A stretch of 32,000 bases of DNA from an uncultured archaeon (GCA_964510585.1 CAZECW010000076.1:29884-61883), one strand, 5' to 3'; counted from the first letter of the stretch, positions 19,038 to 28,309 are shown. Translations and numbers: made by a program. The notes: generated from the sequence alone by a model not told the origin.

Positions 19038-20057
19038 TTAGTATTTTCTTAAAATAGGATGTTTCTCTGTTCCTAACCAAAGTGATATTTCAAAGCTTTT
19101 CTTGAGCATTCTTTTCTGTATTTCTTGATCCGGCACTTTTCTAGCAGATTGAACCTTTTTTCTCCTCTTTAAACTCTCTCGGAGGTTAACAATGTTCCAT
19201 ATAAATGCTTTGGGGATAGCCAGCTTTTCATTTCTTTTGCCTCGCAAAAATAACCACATAAATTTTAAAGTCTTTATCATTAGGTATTTTGGCAGAATAA
19301 AAATTAAAGTTTTTAAAGAATAATTTTTTAGCAGGGTGCAAAACCAATTTCTCTCCAAAAGGTATACTATGGGAACAAACTTGCGGGACGCTTGCCACTC
19401 ATGATATACGATGCTTTGAGGAACATAATTAATATTATAGCCCAAAAGTCTGGCTCTCCAGCACCAATCTAAATCCTCACCATACATAAGGTATCGTTCA
19501 TCGAAGCCACCCACCTTTTCCCATAGGGATCTTCTTATTACCATAACGGTACCTGTAGAGTAAAAAGGTTCATCGATTTTGTCATACTGCCCGTTATCAA
19601 GTTCCCCGTTTCCCCTGTTCCACCCAACGCCATAGATATCACAACTGCCTCCCGCAGAGTTTATCCTCCTTTTGTCATGTAAAAACTTGATTTTGCATGT
19701 TGCAACCATTGTATTGTCATTAGCCTCTACCAATACATCCATTAAATGTTTTAACCAGTTCTTATCGACCTCAACATCATTGTTGAGAAGTGCGACGAAT
19801 TCCGAAACTAAACTGTTAATAACTTGGTTATAGGCTGCTGCCAATCCTATATTACGGCCCATTTCAACAAGTTTTATCAAGGGATAATGTTCCCTAATGA
19901 ACTCTATCGATCCGTCTGTGGAACCATTATCTACGACAAATATTTCAAAATCAGGGTAATCTGTTTTTTCTACTGATTCTAAGCAACGTTTTAATAGGGA
20001 CTTACCATTGAAATTAAGAATTAGGATGTCAACATGCGGATATTTTCTTCGCTTCAT
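19038..20057 (-). CDS. GT2 family glycosyltransferase (WbbL/rhamnosyltransferase-like)
   Basis: ILNFNG, VVDNGSTDGS, LLNND, GGFDERYLMYGEDLDWCWRA; likely ATG 20057 (MKRRKYP) rather than 20120. Confidence 0.9.
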   Translation of the reverse strand: MKRRKYPHVDILILNFNGKSLLKRCLESVEKTDYPDFEIFVVDNGSTDGSIEFIREHYPLIKLVEMGRNIGLAAAYNQVINSLVSEFVALLNNDVEVDKNWLKHLMDVLVEANDNTMVATCKIKFLHDKRRINSAGGSCDIYGVGWNRGNGELDNGQYDKIDEPFYSTGTVMVIRRSLWEKVGGFDERYLMYGEDLDWCWRARLLGYNINYVPQSIVYHEWQASRKFVPIVYLLERNWFCTLLKNYSLKTLIFILPKYLMIKTLKFMWLFLRGKRNEKLAIPKAFIWNIVNLRESLKRRKKVQSARKVPDQEIQKRMLKKSFEISLWLGTEKHPILRKY

Positions 20058-20211
20058 CCCGATTACCAAGCAGAGATTTACTGTTAAAGGTGACTGCAAG
20101 TACTTTTTACAAATCTGCAAAAGGTTAAAACAAAATTATTAGTCTTTAATTATTCCAATTTTTGATTCTTGCAGGCCTTTTCATTTGTATACCATGGATT
20201 TTTTACGGTTA

Positions 20212-20964
20212 TCAAGATTTAGAATTTTTTAGCAGAGTTTCTTTTAGGAGCATTTTTATGAAGGATGAGAATTCTTTTCTTCCTAATTTGGATTTGCCAT
20301 ACGCTCTTTCTCTAAAAACAATGGGTATCTCTTTTATAGTTAGATTGCGTTCTTTGGCTCTCTGGAGCATTTCTACCTGAAAATCATAACTATTACATCT
20401 AACATGAGGGAGAATTTCTTCTAGAGCTTCTCTTCTATAGGCCCGGAAACCAGAAGTGTTATCTTTTACTCCAAGTCTAAGTAAAACATTGACCAACATA
20501 TTTGCCACAAAGCTCACCATCCTCCTAGCAAAGTCCCAGCCGATGATCCTACCATTCCGCACATATCTCGATCCTATAACAATATCAATACCACTCGCAC
20601 ACTCCCGAAATATGTAGGGCACGTCTGAGGGGGCGTGAGAAAAATCGGCGTCCATCTCCATTATGACCCTTCCACTAACCGCTTTAAAACCCGCCTTATA
20701 AGCATAACCTAAACCATTTTTTACCTTCCGCTCTAGTATTCGAATGTTATCAAACTTCTCCATGTACTTCCGAACAACATTAGCCGTGCCATCAGGACTG
20801 TTATCATCAACTACAAGTATTTCACCATCAATTCCATACTCTTTAAAGACCTTCTCAATCTCAGATATTAAAGGCCCAATATTCTCCGACTCATTGTAAG
20901 TAGGAATAACGATAGAGAGATCCCTCTCTTTCTCTCTTCTCAGAATTTTTGACACATACATCAT
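20212..20964 (-). CDS. Polyprenol/dolichol-phosphate hexose synthase (DPM1-like GT2)
   Basis: SIVIPTYNESENI, VVDDNSPDGTA, MDADFSHAP, GSRYV, KDNTSGFRAYRRE, FRERAYGKSKL; no C-terminal TM segment. Confidence 0.88.
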   Translation of the reverse strand: MMYVSKILRREKERDLSIVIPTYNESENIGPLISEIEKVFKEYGIDGEILVVDDNSPDGTANVVRKYMEKFDNIRILERKVKNGLGYAYKAGFKAVSGRVIMEMDADFSHAPSDVPYIFRECASGIDIVIGSRYVRNGRIIGWDFARRMVSFVANMLVNVLLRLGVKDNTSGFRAYRREALEEILPHVRCNSYDFQVEMLQRAKERNLTIKEIPIVFRERAYGKSKLGRKEFSSFIKMLLKETLLKNSKS

Positions 20965-21464
20965 CTCAACTGCAAGTTATTAACGCAGCATTAAGAGCAT
21001 CAATAGGAAAGTTAATTGTAATTAAAGACATAGTAACAATTTAAGTTTTATGGGAATAAGCATTCTAAAACACAAATTAAATTACATTTGGGGAACACCA
21101 TCGAACAAAGAAGTTACTTATTGTTTTTCAGTTTCAAATGGAGCTTAACGCAGATTCGCAGAAATAGGGGAAAAGTCGCTAGGAACCTATAAGGAATTTA
21201 ACAATTCTACAAAAAATCTCCCCTCCAGTATATAGCGCCATTGAAAACAAGTTTTTGGCAAGTGGAAGCCATGTCCTTGCCTGTTTCTACTTCACCGGTC
21301 ATAAATGTTTAGCTCTCCGACTGACCGATGTGCGTCGGTTTCGCCCCGTACAATTGATGTAAGGGAAAGATGAACGTTATTTTGAATGTGTTCAAGATGC
21401 ACGTAAATTACTGCGACCCTAAATCTGAGGAGCACTGATTTGGTTTTGGGTTTTGTAGAATATT

Positions 21465-22298
21465 TTAAGACTGTTTAGTTGCTGGTTTGGGTTGTTTTTG
21501 GTTGGTTTTTTCGATTATTTTTCCTTTGGATTTGGTTATTTTTTCTTCTAATTCCTTTTTTGCAGTTTGAACGACGACGTCAGCATTTTTTCCTCTTGCT
21601 GACAGGTATATTTGTGCTGTGATTTTTTGGTCTCTTTGGGGCTGGCTTTTTATCCATACTTGGGAGTATTTTTCTCTCACTTGGTCTATTAGGGGCGAGA
21701 GGTCTGATTCTATCAGTCCTTCTGTTGTTATGCATTCTTCTGCATATTGTTCTTTGGCAGTTTCTTTAAGGAGGGGAACTAAATGTTTTTCAAAGAGGGC
21801 TTTTACTTCTTGGGGGAATCCGGGTAGGCTTACTATTTTTGTTTCTCCAATCTGTACCATTGTCGCTGGTGCCAGTCCCACGGGATTTAGGAATATCTGG
21901 CTGCCTCTGGGTACGTAAGCCAACTTTTTCCTTTCCTCGGTCATTTCTTTGTGCTTTGCTCTTCCCATCTGATATATAAGTTCAAATTTCTTTTTCAAGT
22001 CCTCAAAAAGTTCCTGATTTACCTCAAGAGGCTGGTTTACAGCACTGGCAAGGGCTTTTAGCGTCATATCATCGTATGTTGAACCCAAGCCTCCAGTTGT
22101 TATCACGAAGTCAGATTTCCTGCTTACTGCTTCCCTCAGTACTGAAATTATAATTTCTAAGTCGTCAGGTATTATGGTTACACGTTTTACTTCAAGTCCC
22201 AATGCTGTTGCCTGGCTGCAAATATAGTGGCTGTTTGTATCTTGAACCCTTCCCGCTAACACCTCATTCCCAATAACTATAATTTCCATGCTAGTCAT
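21465..22298 (-). CDS. CinA-like molybdopterin-binding (MoCF_biosynth) domain protein, no PncC domain
   Basis: IIVIGNEVLAGRVQDTNSHY, TTGGLGSTYDDMT, NPVGLAPA, LPGFPQEV. Confidence 0.85.
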   Translation of the reverse strand: MTSMEIIVIGNEVLAGRVQDTNSHYICSQATALGLEVKRVTIIPDDLEIIISVLREAVSRKSDFVITTGGLGSTYDDMTLKALASAVNQPLEVNQELFEDLKKKFELIYQMGRAKHKEMTEERKKLAYVPRGSQIFLNPVGLAPATMVQIGETKIVSLPGFPQEVKALFEKHLVPLLKETAKEQYAEECITTEGLIESDLSPLIDQVREKYSQVWIKSQPQRDQKITAQIYLSARGKNADVVVQTAKKELEEKITKSKGKIIEKTNQKQPKPATKQS

Positions 22299-22579
22299 TT
22301 TTTCAACCCTTCAAAATCTTTTGAACCTCAACACTTCTCAGAAATTTAGATGGTAGAGAATTGTCCAATTTCAACTCCAAAAGGAGTGCTCATAAGGCTT
22401 CTTTTCGACTCACCCTAAAATGAGGGGTAAAGGTATTTCTACATCACATGTTGAGTTGATTTCGGTTTTATTTCGAAAATTTCTTTAAGTTCTCGCTAAA
22501 CTTGCAACGGTACATTTAAGGGTTAGAGCGAAAAGAGTAGCTGGAGATTTTTATTACTTGTTCTGGAAGTTAATGGGTT

Positions 22580-22930
22580 TCATACCCTTTTTTGAGTTTT
22601 TAATTCTTTGATTCTTTTCTTTATCAGGATTTCTTCAGTTACCAGTTCCTGGTATAGGACTCGTCTTTTAGCCGGTTCTGAGTCTTCGCGAAATATTTCG
22701 GTTAAAACTCTGCCGTCCATCTCCCTCGGCACGGGAACGTTGAATAGGTGCAGTATGGTGGGGGCGAGGTCGTAGATTTTTACGTCTCCGATTTTTCCAC
22801 AGTTCTTGATGTCTGGGCCGCATGCCAGGAATACTCCGTGAAGCTTGTGATAAGCGGACCAAACCCTATTCTCATAGTCCCAAACACTCCTCATCAAACT
22901 ATCATAAACACGGTAACCCTCACTCGGTAT
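22580..22930 (-). repeat. Copy 1 of a 351-nt direct repeat (3' end of AlkP paralogs)
   Basis: Manual alignment to 30889-31239 (offset 8309): about 15 mismatches in 351 nt, with two identical runs of about 100 nt. Confidence 0.92.
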
Positions 22931-24160
22931 AACCACTAAATCTGGAGCAAAACCCAAGTGCTCACCATAGTATATCTCTTCCTTCTTCTTAACATCAGCT
23001 ACTAGGTACTCCCCAGTCTTGGGATCTTTTATCATTTTTATTTCTTTGATTAGTTTCAATCGTAGCTTCTCATATTCTTCACGATTGAGATTCGGATTTA
23101 GAAATATTCCACATTCACCCACGTTGATAGCCTTGGTCTTTGCCCAGTCTGCTTGATTCAGTAAATTGGAGCTTTCTCTAGAGCTTATCTTTAAAAGGAG
23201 ACGGATTAAATTTTTTCGAGACATCAGTCGACTAAGTCCACCTAGCCTCAATCTGCTGAGGGATTGTGCTGTTTTTCTAGTATATAACCTGAATTTAGTT
23301 AAGAGTACATTAGTGAGGGATAAGTTGAGGTATCCTTTCTCTAGGAGCCACGTGTTTAGGTAAAAAGTTGCCTTCACACCGGTGAACCCGTGATCAGAGA
23401 TTATCAAAATGTTAGTGTTCTCCTTGAGCGAGGCTATTAAATTTCCTATCTCTTTATCAATTGTTTTCCAAATTTTTTCGATTACCTGCCCAAATTTTTC
23501 ATCTTTGGTTTCCATCTCTTTCCAAAAAAAGTGTTGTATGACATCAGTATAAAAGAGGGTCAGTTGAATAAAGTCTGGTGCATAAAGTTCAATTAAATAT
23601 TTAGCTGCTTTGAACCTCTTTTTTATGAGCTCTTCCACCTCCTGACCCAGTACGCTTCTATTAGATAATAATTGTTTGGGTTCAAGACTGTAGGCACTGG
23701 GGTTTATCCTATAACCAAATTTTTCAACTAAATCCTTTTTCAAACCCTTTGGAAAAGTATAATCTGAAGAATCAAACATAGGAGGACCAGAAACTGTAAA
23801 GCCCCTAATCACTCTTGGAGTTGAGAGAGGAAGGTTCATGATCCCAGAGGTTAAACCATACTCTCCTAGGTAATCCCAAATTTCTGGACTTCTAAAGGGG
23901 ATGCGTGTATTAACTCTTAACTCGAGATTTTTAATATCAAATGTACACCAACCAAATAAACCCAGCTTTCCCGGGTTTTTACCTGTAGAATAAGATTTCC
24001 AAGCGGGGGAGGAAAGGAATGGAACGGTGCTTTCTAAATTTGCCCACACGCCCTTCTCTATAAGCTGTTTAAATGTGGGAAGCCTTCCCTGTTCAACCAA
24101 TGGGAAAATTACGTTCCAGGTAGCCCCATCAATACCTATTACTAAGACCTTCAAATCCAA
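22580..24160 (-). CDS. AlkP-superfamily (NPP/type I phosphodiesterase fold, COG3379-like) protein, long form, Ser nucleophile
   Basis: VIGIDG, STVPFLSSPAW...TGKNPGKLG, TDVIQH, ISDHG, SAYH, IYDLAPTILHL...MDGR; TTG start after GGTG; no signal peptide. Confidence 0.9.
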   Translation of the reverse strand: MDLKVLVIGIDGATWNVIFPLVEQGRLPTFKQLIEKGVWANLESTVPFLSSPAWKSYSTGKNPGKLGLFGWCTFDIKNLELRVNTRIPFRSPEIWDYLGEYGLTSGIMNLPLSTPRVIRGFTVSGPPMFDSSDYTFPKGLKKDLVEKFGYRINPSAYSLEPKQLLSNRSVLGQEVEELIKKRFKAAKYLIELYAPDFIQLTLFYTDVIQHFFWKEMETKDEKFGQVIEKIWKTIDKEIGNLIASLKENTNILIISDHGFTGVKATFYLNTWLLEKGYLNLSLTNVLLTKFRLYTRKTAQSLSRLRLGGLSRLMSRKNLIRLLLKISSRESSNLLNQADWAKTKAINVGECGIFLNPNLNREEYEKLRLKLIKEIKMIKDPKTGEYLVADVKKKEEIYYGEHLGFAPDLVVIPSEGYRVYDSLMRSVWDYENRVWSAYHKLHGVFLACGPDIKNCGKIGDVKIYDLAPTILHLFNVPVPREMDGRVLTEIFREDSEPAKRRVLYQELVTEEILIKKRIKELKTQKRV

Positions 24161-24309
24161 ACACCATAAGTATAGCTAAAAATGAATTACAAATGTTTCA
24201 CTAAGCTGTTTCCCAATAGTTTAAGGAGTTTAAAAAATCTTTGTGTTGGGGCGTTTTATAGAATTATTGGCAAGAAAGCCCTTCAGATTTTTAGTCCAAT
24301 GACATCAAG

Positions 24310-24560
24310 TCCAAATTCTTTTCTTGCGGTATTTCAGTTTCCGGCTTGTTAGCTTCTTCCTCTCAACTACCCGAACAGATGGATGTCTGCCCATACCTAA
24401 ACAGTTAACTCAACTCATCCACCACTTCTCATCCACCACTATCTCGGGGGACTTGTCCAAGTTTATCAAGATTCATGATGTGGTCTACGAGTGCGGGTAC
24501 GAGACCGCCTTGTTTATGTTATTTATACTTGAGATTCTTACTTCTACCCTCCTCTACAAC
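24310..24560 (-). pseudogene. Degenerate IS66-like transposase fragment
   Basis: One stop-riddled frame reads RISSINNINKAVS...*...ILINLDKSPEIVVDEKWW...NC, resembling the IS66-family IS-x-TI-x-N...L-x2-SP-x3-DET-x-W segment. No terminal repeats seen. Confidence 0.3.
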
Positions 24561-24980
24561 CTTTTCCTCAACAACAAAACCTACATGTGCTGCGCTTCTT
24601 AGACAAACCCCTATACGCTGAAAGCATTTAAGGTGAAATATGAAAAAAGTTTTAATAGCAAATAAAAAATTTGCATTACCTTTGTGGAGCGCTATAATTG
24701 CAGAAAGAAGGGGTATAATCTGTGGAGAATACAAAAATTTGGGGGGTATAAAAGCTACGCGTTTACATATGAGTACTTATTATTACTCTCATCTAATTTT
24801 ACGAAGTACACATATTTCTGCTGCCGCAAAAATAAAAAGTATTATGCATATGACGAAAAATATGAGGGCAAAAGTTACTACAGTTATTGTAGGTAATACA
24901 CAGAGTATGGAAGAGGTGCATAAGAACATCTCGCGGAGGAGCGTTATTTTTCTAGGAGAATATACCCTTCTATGCTGTTA

Positions 24981-25994
24981 TTATTTCATTTGTATCGTTG
25001 CGTGGTCTCCAACGTTTAGCTCTAAAGGTGTCCCTTTGACTATGGCTTCGTCTCCAACTAGAGTGTTGGTTAAGTTGGTGTTCTCGATTTGTACGTGTGA
25101 ACCAATTATAGTGTTTGTTATTATTGAGTTCATTATTCTTGTGCATTCGGCCACTGATACATGTGGCCCTATTACAGAGTTTTCTATCTGACATTCCTCT
25201 GCTATTGCTACTGGCGGGATTATTACACTGTTTATTGGTTCGCTATGTGTGAGTTTTATGTTGTTGTTGTGTTTTTCTTGGAGTATGATTCGGTTTGCTT
25301 CAAGTAGAGTGTCTTTTCTTCCACAATCGTACCAATGTTCAACTTTGAAGGTTTTGAGGCGGGCCTTCCAATCAATCATTTTTTGCAGAGCGTCTGTTAA
25401 TTGGTACTCACCTGTTTGAGGTTCTTCTTCAATTATTTGTTCCAAGGCTTTGTAGAGTAGGGGTGTGTCATTTATAATATAGACTCCTGATATTGCAAGA
25501 TTTGACAGGGGTACTGCGGGTTTTTCGATGAGTTGGGTGATGTTCCCATTTTTTATCTTTACGTTTCCGTAGTGTTGGGGTTGGTCCACTTCCTTTACTC
25601 CTATTGAGGCTGCGCATTCCCCATTTTTCTGGTGTTTTTGAAGCATATCCTCATAGGTCTGGAGAAATATCATATCTCCGAGAATGATTAAAAGTGGCTG
25701 ATCTATTGCTTGTTCCTTTGCTACATACACTGCATGCCCTAGTCCCAGTCGGGGCTCTTGCTCAACAAATGTGAATTTAAAGTGGTCTGAGTAGTTCTTC
25801 TGCAGGTATTCTGTGATTTGCTCCTTCATGTACCCCAGGATTACTATCACTTCCTGGATTTTGGTTGTTTTCAAATTGTCTAGAATGTGCCCTATGAGGG
25901 GTTTATCTGCTACGCGGAGCAAGGATTTTGGTTTCGTATTTGTTTGAGGCCTTAAGCGAGTACCACGCCCCGCAGCAGGTATTAAAGCCCTCAA
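24981..25994 (-). CDS. Sugar-phosphate nucleotidyltransferase (long-form glucose-1-phosphate thymidylyltransferase type)
   Basis: ALIPAAGRGTRLRPQTNTKPK, EQEPRLGLGHAV, LGD, LIEKP, GEYQLTDAL, WYDCG and C-terminal hexapeptide region; TTG start. Confidence 0.92.
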   Translation of the reverse strand: MRALIPAAGRGTRLRPQTNTKPKSLLRVADKPLIGHILDNLKTTKIQEVIVILGYMKEQITEYLQKNYSDHFKFTFVEQEPRLGLGHAVYVAKEQAIDQPLLIILGDMIFLQTYEDMLQKHQKNGECAASIGVKEVDQPQHYGNVKIKNGNITQLIEKPAVPLSNLAISGVYIINDTPLLYKALEQIIEEEPQTGEYQLTDALQKMIDWKARLKTFKVEHWYDCGRKDTLLEANRIILQEKHNNNIKLTHSEPINSVIIPPVAIAEECQIENSVIGPHVSVAECTRIMNSIITNTIIGSHVQIENTNLTNTLVGDEAIVKGTPLELNVGDHATIQMK

Positions 25995-26376
25995 CCTTCT
26001 ACACCCTTGTTTCTACTAGTTAGAAAGCTTTTGTAGAAATTCTGTTAAGAGGAGTTAATAAATTATTTGCCACAACCTCATACGAGTATAGTCTTTTATA
26101 AGCCTCTTAATGTTGAGGCTAAAGTGGTAAACATAAGAATTGGATTATTAAGACCCACTCTTGAGACACGAATCCCTCAAAAATACTGGAGTTTTGTTTG
26201 CTTTACTGTAAACACTTTTCTCAAACATTCTTGAAAAATGGTGTTTAGAAGTTTAAATCCATAAAAGCTAGAGTCTGCTGATGTCTTGAAGGATGTGGAG
26301 GGAAAAGGGAAGGAGAAACACTTTTTGAGATGAGTTTCAGAAATATGGGGTTGTAAACTTTAGTGAACCGCATCAT

Positions 26377-26925
26377 CTATGAGGTATTTTCAATTTTTGG
26401 TGGAATGTATCCTAAGTCCTCCAGTTTTTTGAGTATTTTGTTAACGTTTTCTTCTATGGTATCTTTGTATGTGTCAACTATGACTTCCGGGTTTAGCGGT
26501 TCCTCGTATGGGTCTTGGATTCCTGTTAGGTCGGTTATTTCGCCCTTTAGTGCCTTTTTGTAGAGACCTTTTGGGTCTCTTTTTATGCATTCTTCTAGGG
26601 GGCATTTTACCCAGACCTCAACAAAGTTTCCTATCAGGTTTCTGGCATGTTCACGGAAGTTTCTTAAGGGTGAGATTAAGCCCACTATTACGGCTACTCC
26701 GTTTCTAACCAATAGTTTGGTTACATATGCTACTCTTTTCGCGTGGGTTTCTCTATCCTCTATGGTAAATCCTAGGTCTGGGCTGAGATTTTTTCTAACC
26801 TCATCTCCATCAAGAACTTCAACATTTAGGCCCCTTTCTCTTAGAACCTTTTCTAGGGCCAGTGCTATGGTGGTTTTTCCTGACGCAGGTAATCCTGTGA
26901 GCCAGACAGCGAAACCACTCCTCAT
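26377..26925 (-). CDS. cysC: Adenylyl-sulfate (APS) kinase
   Basis: WLTGLPASGKTT P-loop, LDGDEVRKNL, ISP, RDPKGLYKKA, TGIQDPYEEP; ATG 26925 after GGTGA (alternative GTG 26934 overlaps the AlkP stop). Confidence 0.96.
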   Translation of the reverse strand: MRSGFAVWLTGLPASGKTTIALALEKVLRERGLNVEVLDGDEVRKNLSPDLGFTIEDRETHAKRVAYVTKLLVRNGVAVIVGLISPLRNFREHARNLIGNFVEVWVKCPLEECIKRDPKGLYKKALKGEITDLTGIQDPYEEPLNPEVIVDTYKDTIEENVNKILKKLEDLGYIPPKIENTS

Positions 26926-26930
26926 AAAAC

Positions 26931-28307
26931 TCACCAATTTATTATTTTGCCTCGCATCTCTTTTGGAACTGGTATTCCTAGTATGTTTAGAACAGTGGGA
27001 GCAACATCAAGAATATTGATGTTTCTGAGTTCTAAGCCTGAATTTTTTGTGGGATCGTAGAGTATAAATATTCCATACTCGGAGTGTACCGCGTCATCTG
27101 GTCCAGTATCGTTTTCTGATAAGTATAGGGTTTCATACCCGATTGTTCCCGCTGATCTCCAGTATAGGTCATCAAAGTATACTATTAAATCAGGAGAATC
27201 ACCGTTAAGTTCCTCATATATTTCTTCTGGCTTGTAGATCTTGTTGTAGAACTTTTCCCCGTTGGGTCCCTGAATCTGTTTTAATTTATCTGCTAATTCG
27301 TCTAATGTTTTTTCGTAGTCCTCCGGTGTCACTGTTCCTTGTGGTTCTCTTCCCTCTACATTTATGAATATTCGGGCGTAGTAGCCTCCCCATCCCCAAG
27401 CCTTAGTTTGGGCCCAATCAATTGGCGTATCTTCTATCTTTGCACCTCTTTCAGGATTGCCTTTTATTTTTAGGTAGCCTTCCTGCATCAGCCATTGATT
27501 AATACAAAAGGCCCCCTTCATTTGTTTAGCTCCATGGTCAGACACAACCAGAATTATGGTATCATTATCAAGGAGTCCAAGTAAATCGCCTATCTCCTTA
27601 TCTAGGTACCTGTAATATTCCCTAATCACGTTCTCATATTTGTTGTTGGGAACATATTTCAAGTGCTCCTTATCGAAAAACTTCCAGAAGGCATGATGTA
27701 TCCTATCCAAACCAATTTCCACAAAGGCAAAAAGGTCCCAACCCCCTTTTTGTATTAGATATTTTATCACCCGGAAGTGCTGTTCAGTCATCTCATATAT
27801 TCTTTCCAAGACTTGGTCTCTTTCTTCTGCTCTGAACTCAACATCAAATATGTATTTTCCAAATTTTGCTTCCAACTCATTTTTTAGCTCTTTAGGATAG
27901 GTGTAATCCTTCTCAGCGTCGGGAGTGATGAAACAGGAGATTAGACACCCATTAACCGGTTTCGGCGGGTAGCTAGGGGGAACCCCCACTATACAGGATT
28001 TAAGGCCTTTTTCTGAGAGTATGTCCCATATAGTTTTGTGCTTTATAGATTTGGAGTTTGCTATCCACGTTTCATACGAGTAACTTTTTTTGTGTCTAAA
28101 CCCATACAGCCCCAGAGTCCCAGGATCCCTGCTGGTCATCATAACCATCCAAGCGGGAATGGTTATGGGGGGTATGCATGACTTTAGCTTACCGTAGACC
28201 CCGTGGCTCAGCATCTTTTTAATATTGGGTAGGTCGTCTAGAAACTTTTCAAAAACCAGTTCTGGCGCCGCACAGTCTAATCCTACTATTAACACCTTTT
28301 TTGGCAT
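26931..28307 (-). CDS. AlkP-superfamily (COG3379-like) protein, short form, Thr nucleophile
   Basis: IVGLDC, SCIPPITIPAW...TSRDPGTLG, LDRIHH, VSDHG, DAVH, ILDVAPTVL...MRGK; no signal peptide; ends right after MRGK. Confidence 0.9.
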   Translation of the reverse strand: MPKKVLIVGLDCAAPELVFEKFLDDLPNIKKMLSHGVYGKLKSCIPPITIPAWMVMMTSRDPGTLGLYGFRHKKSYSYETWIANSKSIKHKTIWDILSEKGLKSCIVGVPPSYPPKPVNGCLISCFITPDAEKDYTYPKELKNELEAKFGKYIFDVEFRAEERDQVLERIYEMTEQHFRVIKYLIQKGGWDLFAFVEIGLDRIHHAFWKFFDKEHLKYVPNNKYENVIREYYRYLDKEIGDLLGLLDNDTIILVVSDHGAKQMKGAFCINQWLMQEGYLKIKGNPERGAKIEDTPIDWAQTKAWGWGGYYARIFINVEGREPQGTVTPEDYEKTLDELADKLKQIQGPNGEKFYNKIYKPEEIYEELNGDSPDLIVYFDDLYWRSAGTIGYETLYLSENDTGPDDAVHSEYGIFILYDPTKNSGLELRNINILDVAPTVLNILGIPVPKEMRGKIINW

Positions 28308-28309
28308 GT

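Noticed and set aside
21340-21440. C/D box sRNA (GATGA...CTGA elements)
   Set aside because: C boxes deviate from RUGAUGA and the guide spacing is irregular.
21465-22298. CinA-like gene as part of the sulfation system
   Set aside because: Widespread housekeeping gene separated by 280-500 nt spacers, with different codon skew; no evidence of a functional link.
24151-24164. Identical 14-mer GGTGTTTGGATTTG at the starts of the AlkP gene (24160) and the RHH gene (30767)
   Set aside because: Explained by RBS plus TTG plus Asp-Leu codons; the flanking upstream sequences are not similar.
24640-25191. Plus-strand 183-aa ORF with a GGTGA RBS-like motif
   Set aside because: Overlaps the nucleotidyltransferase antisense by about 210 nt and has no recognisable motif. 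The opposite strand shows only stop-broken hydrophobic stretches.
22580-28307. AlkP proteins as formylglycine arylsulfatases
   Set aside because: The motif is S/T-x-P-A-W, not C/S-x-P-x-R, and no maturation enzyme gene is nearby.
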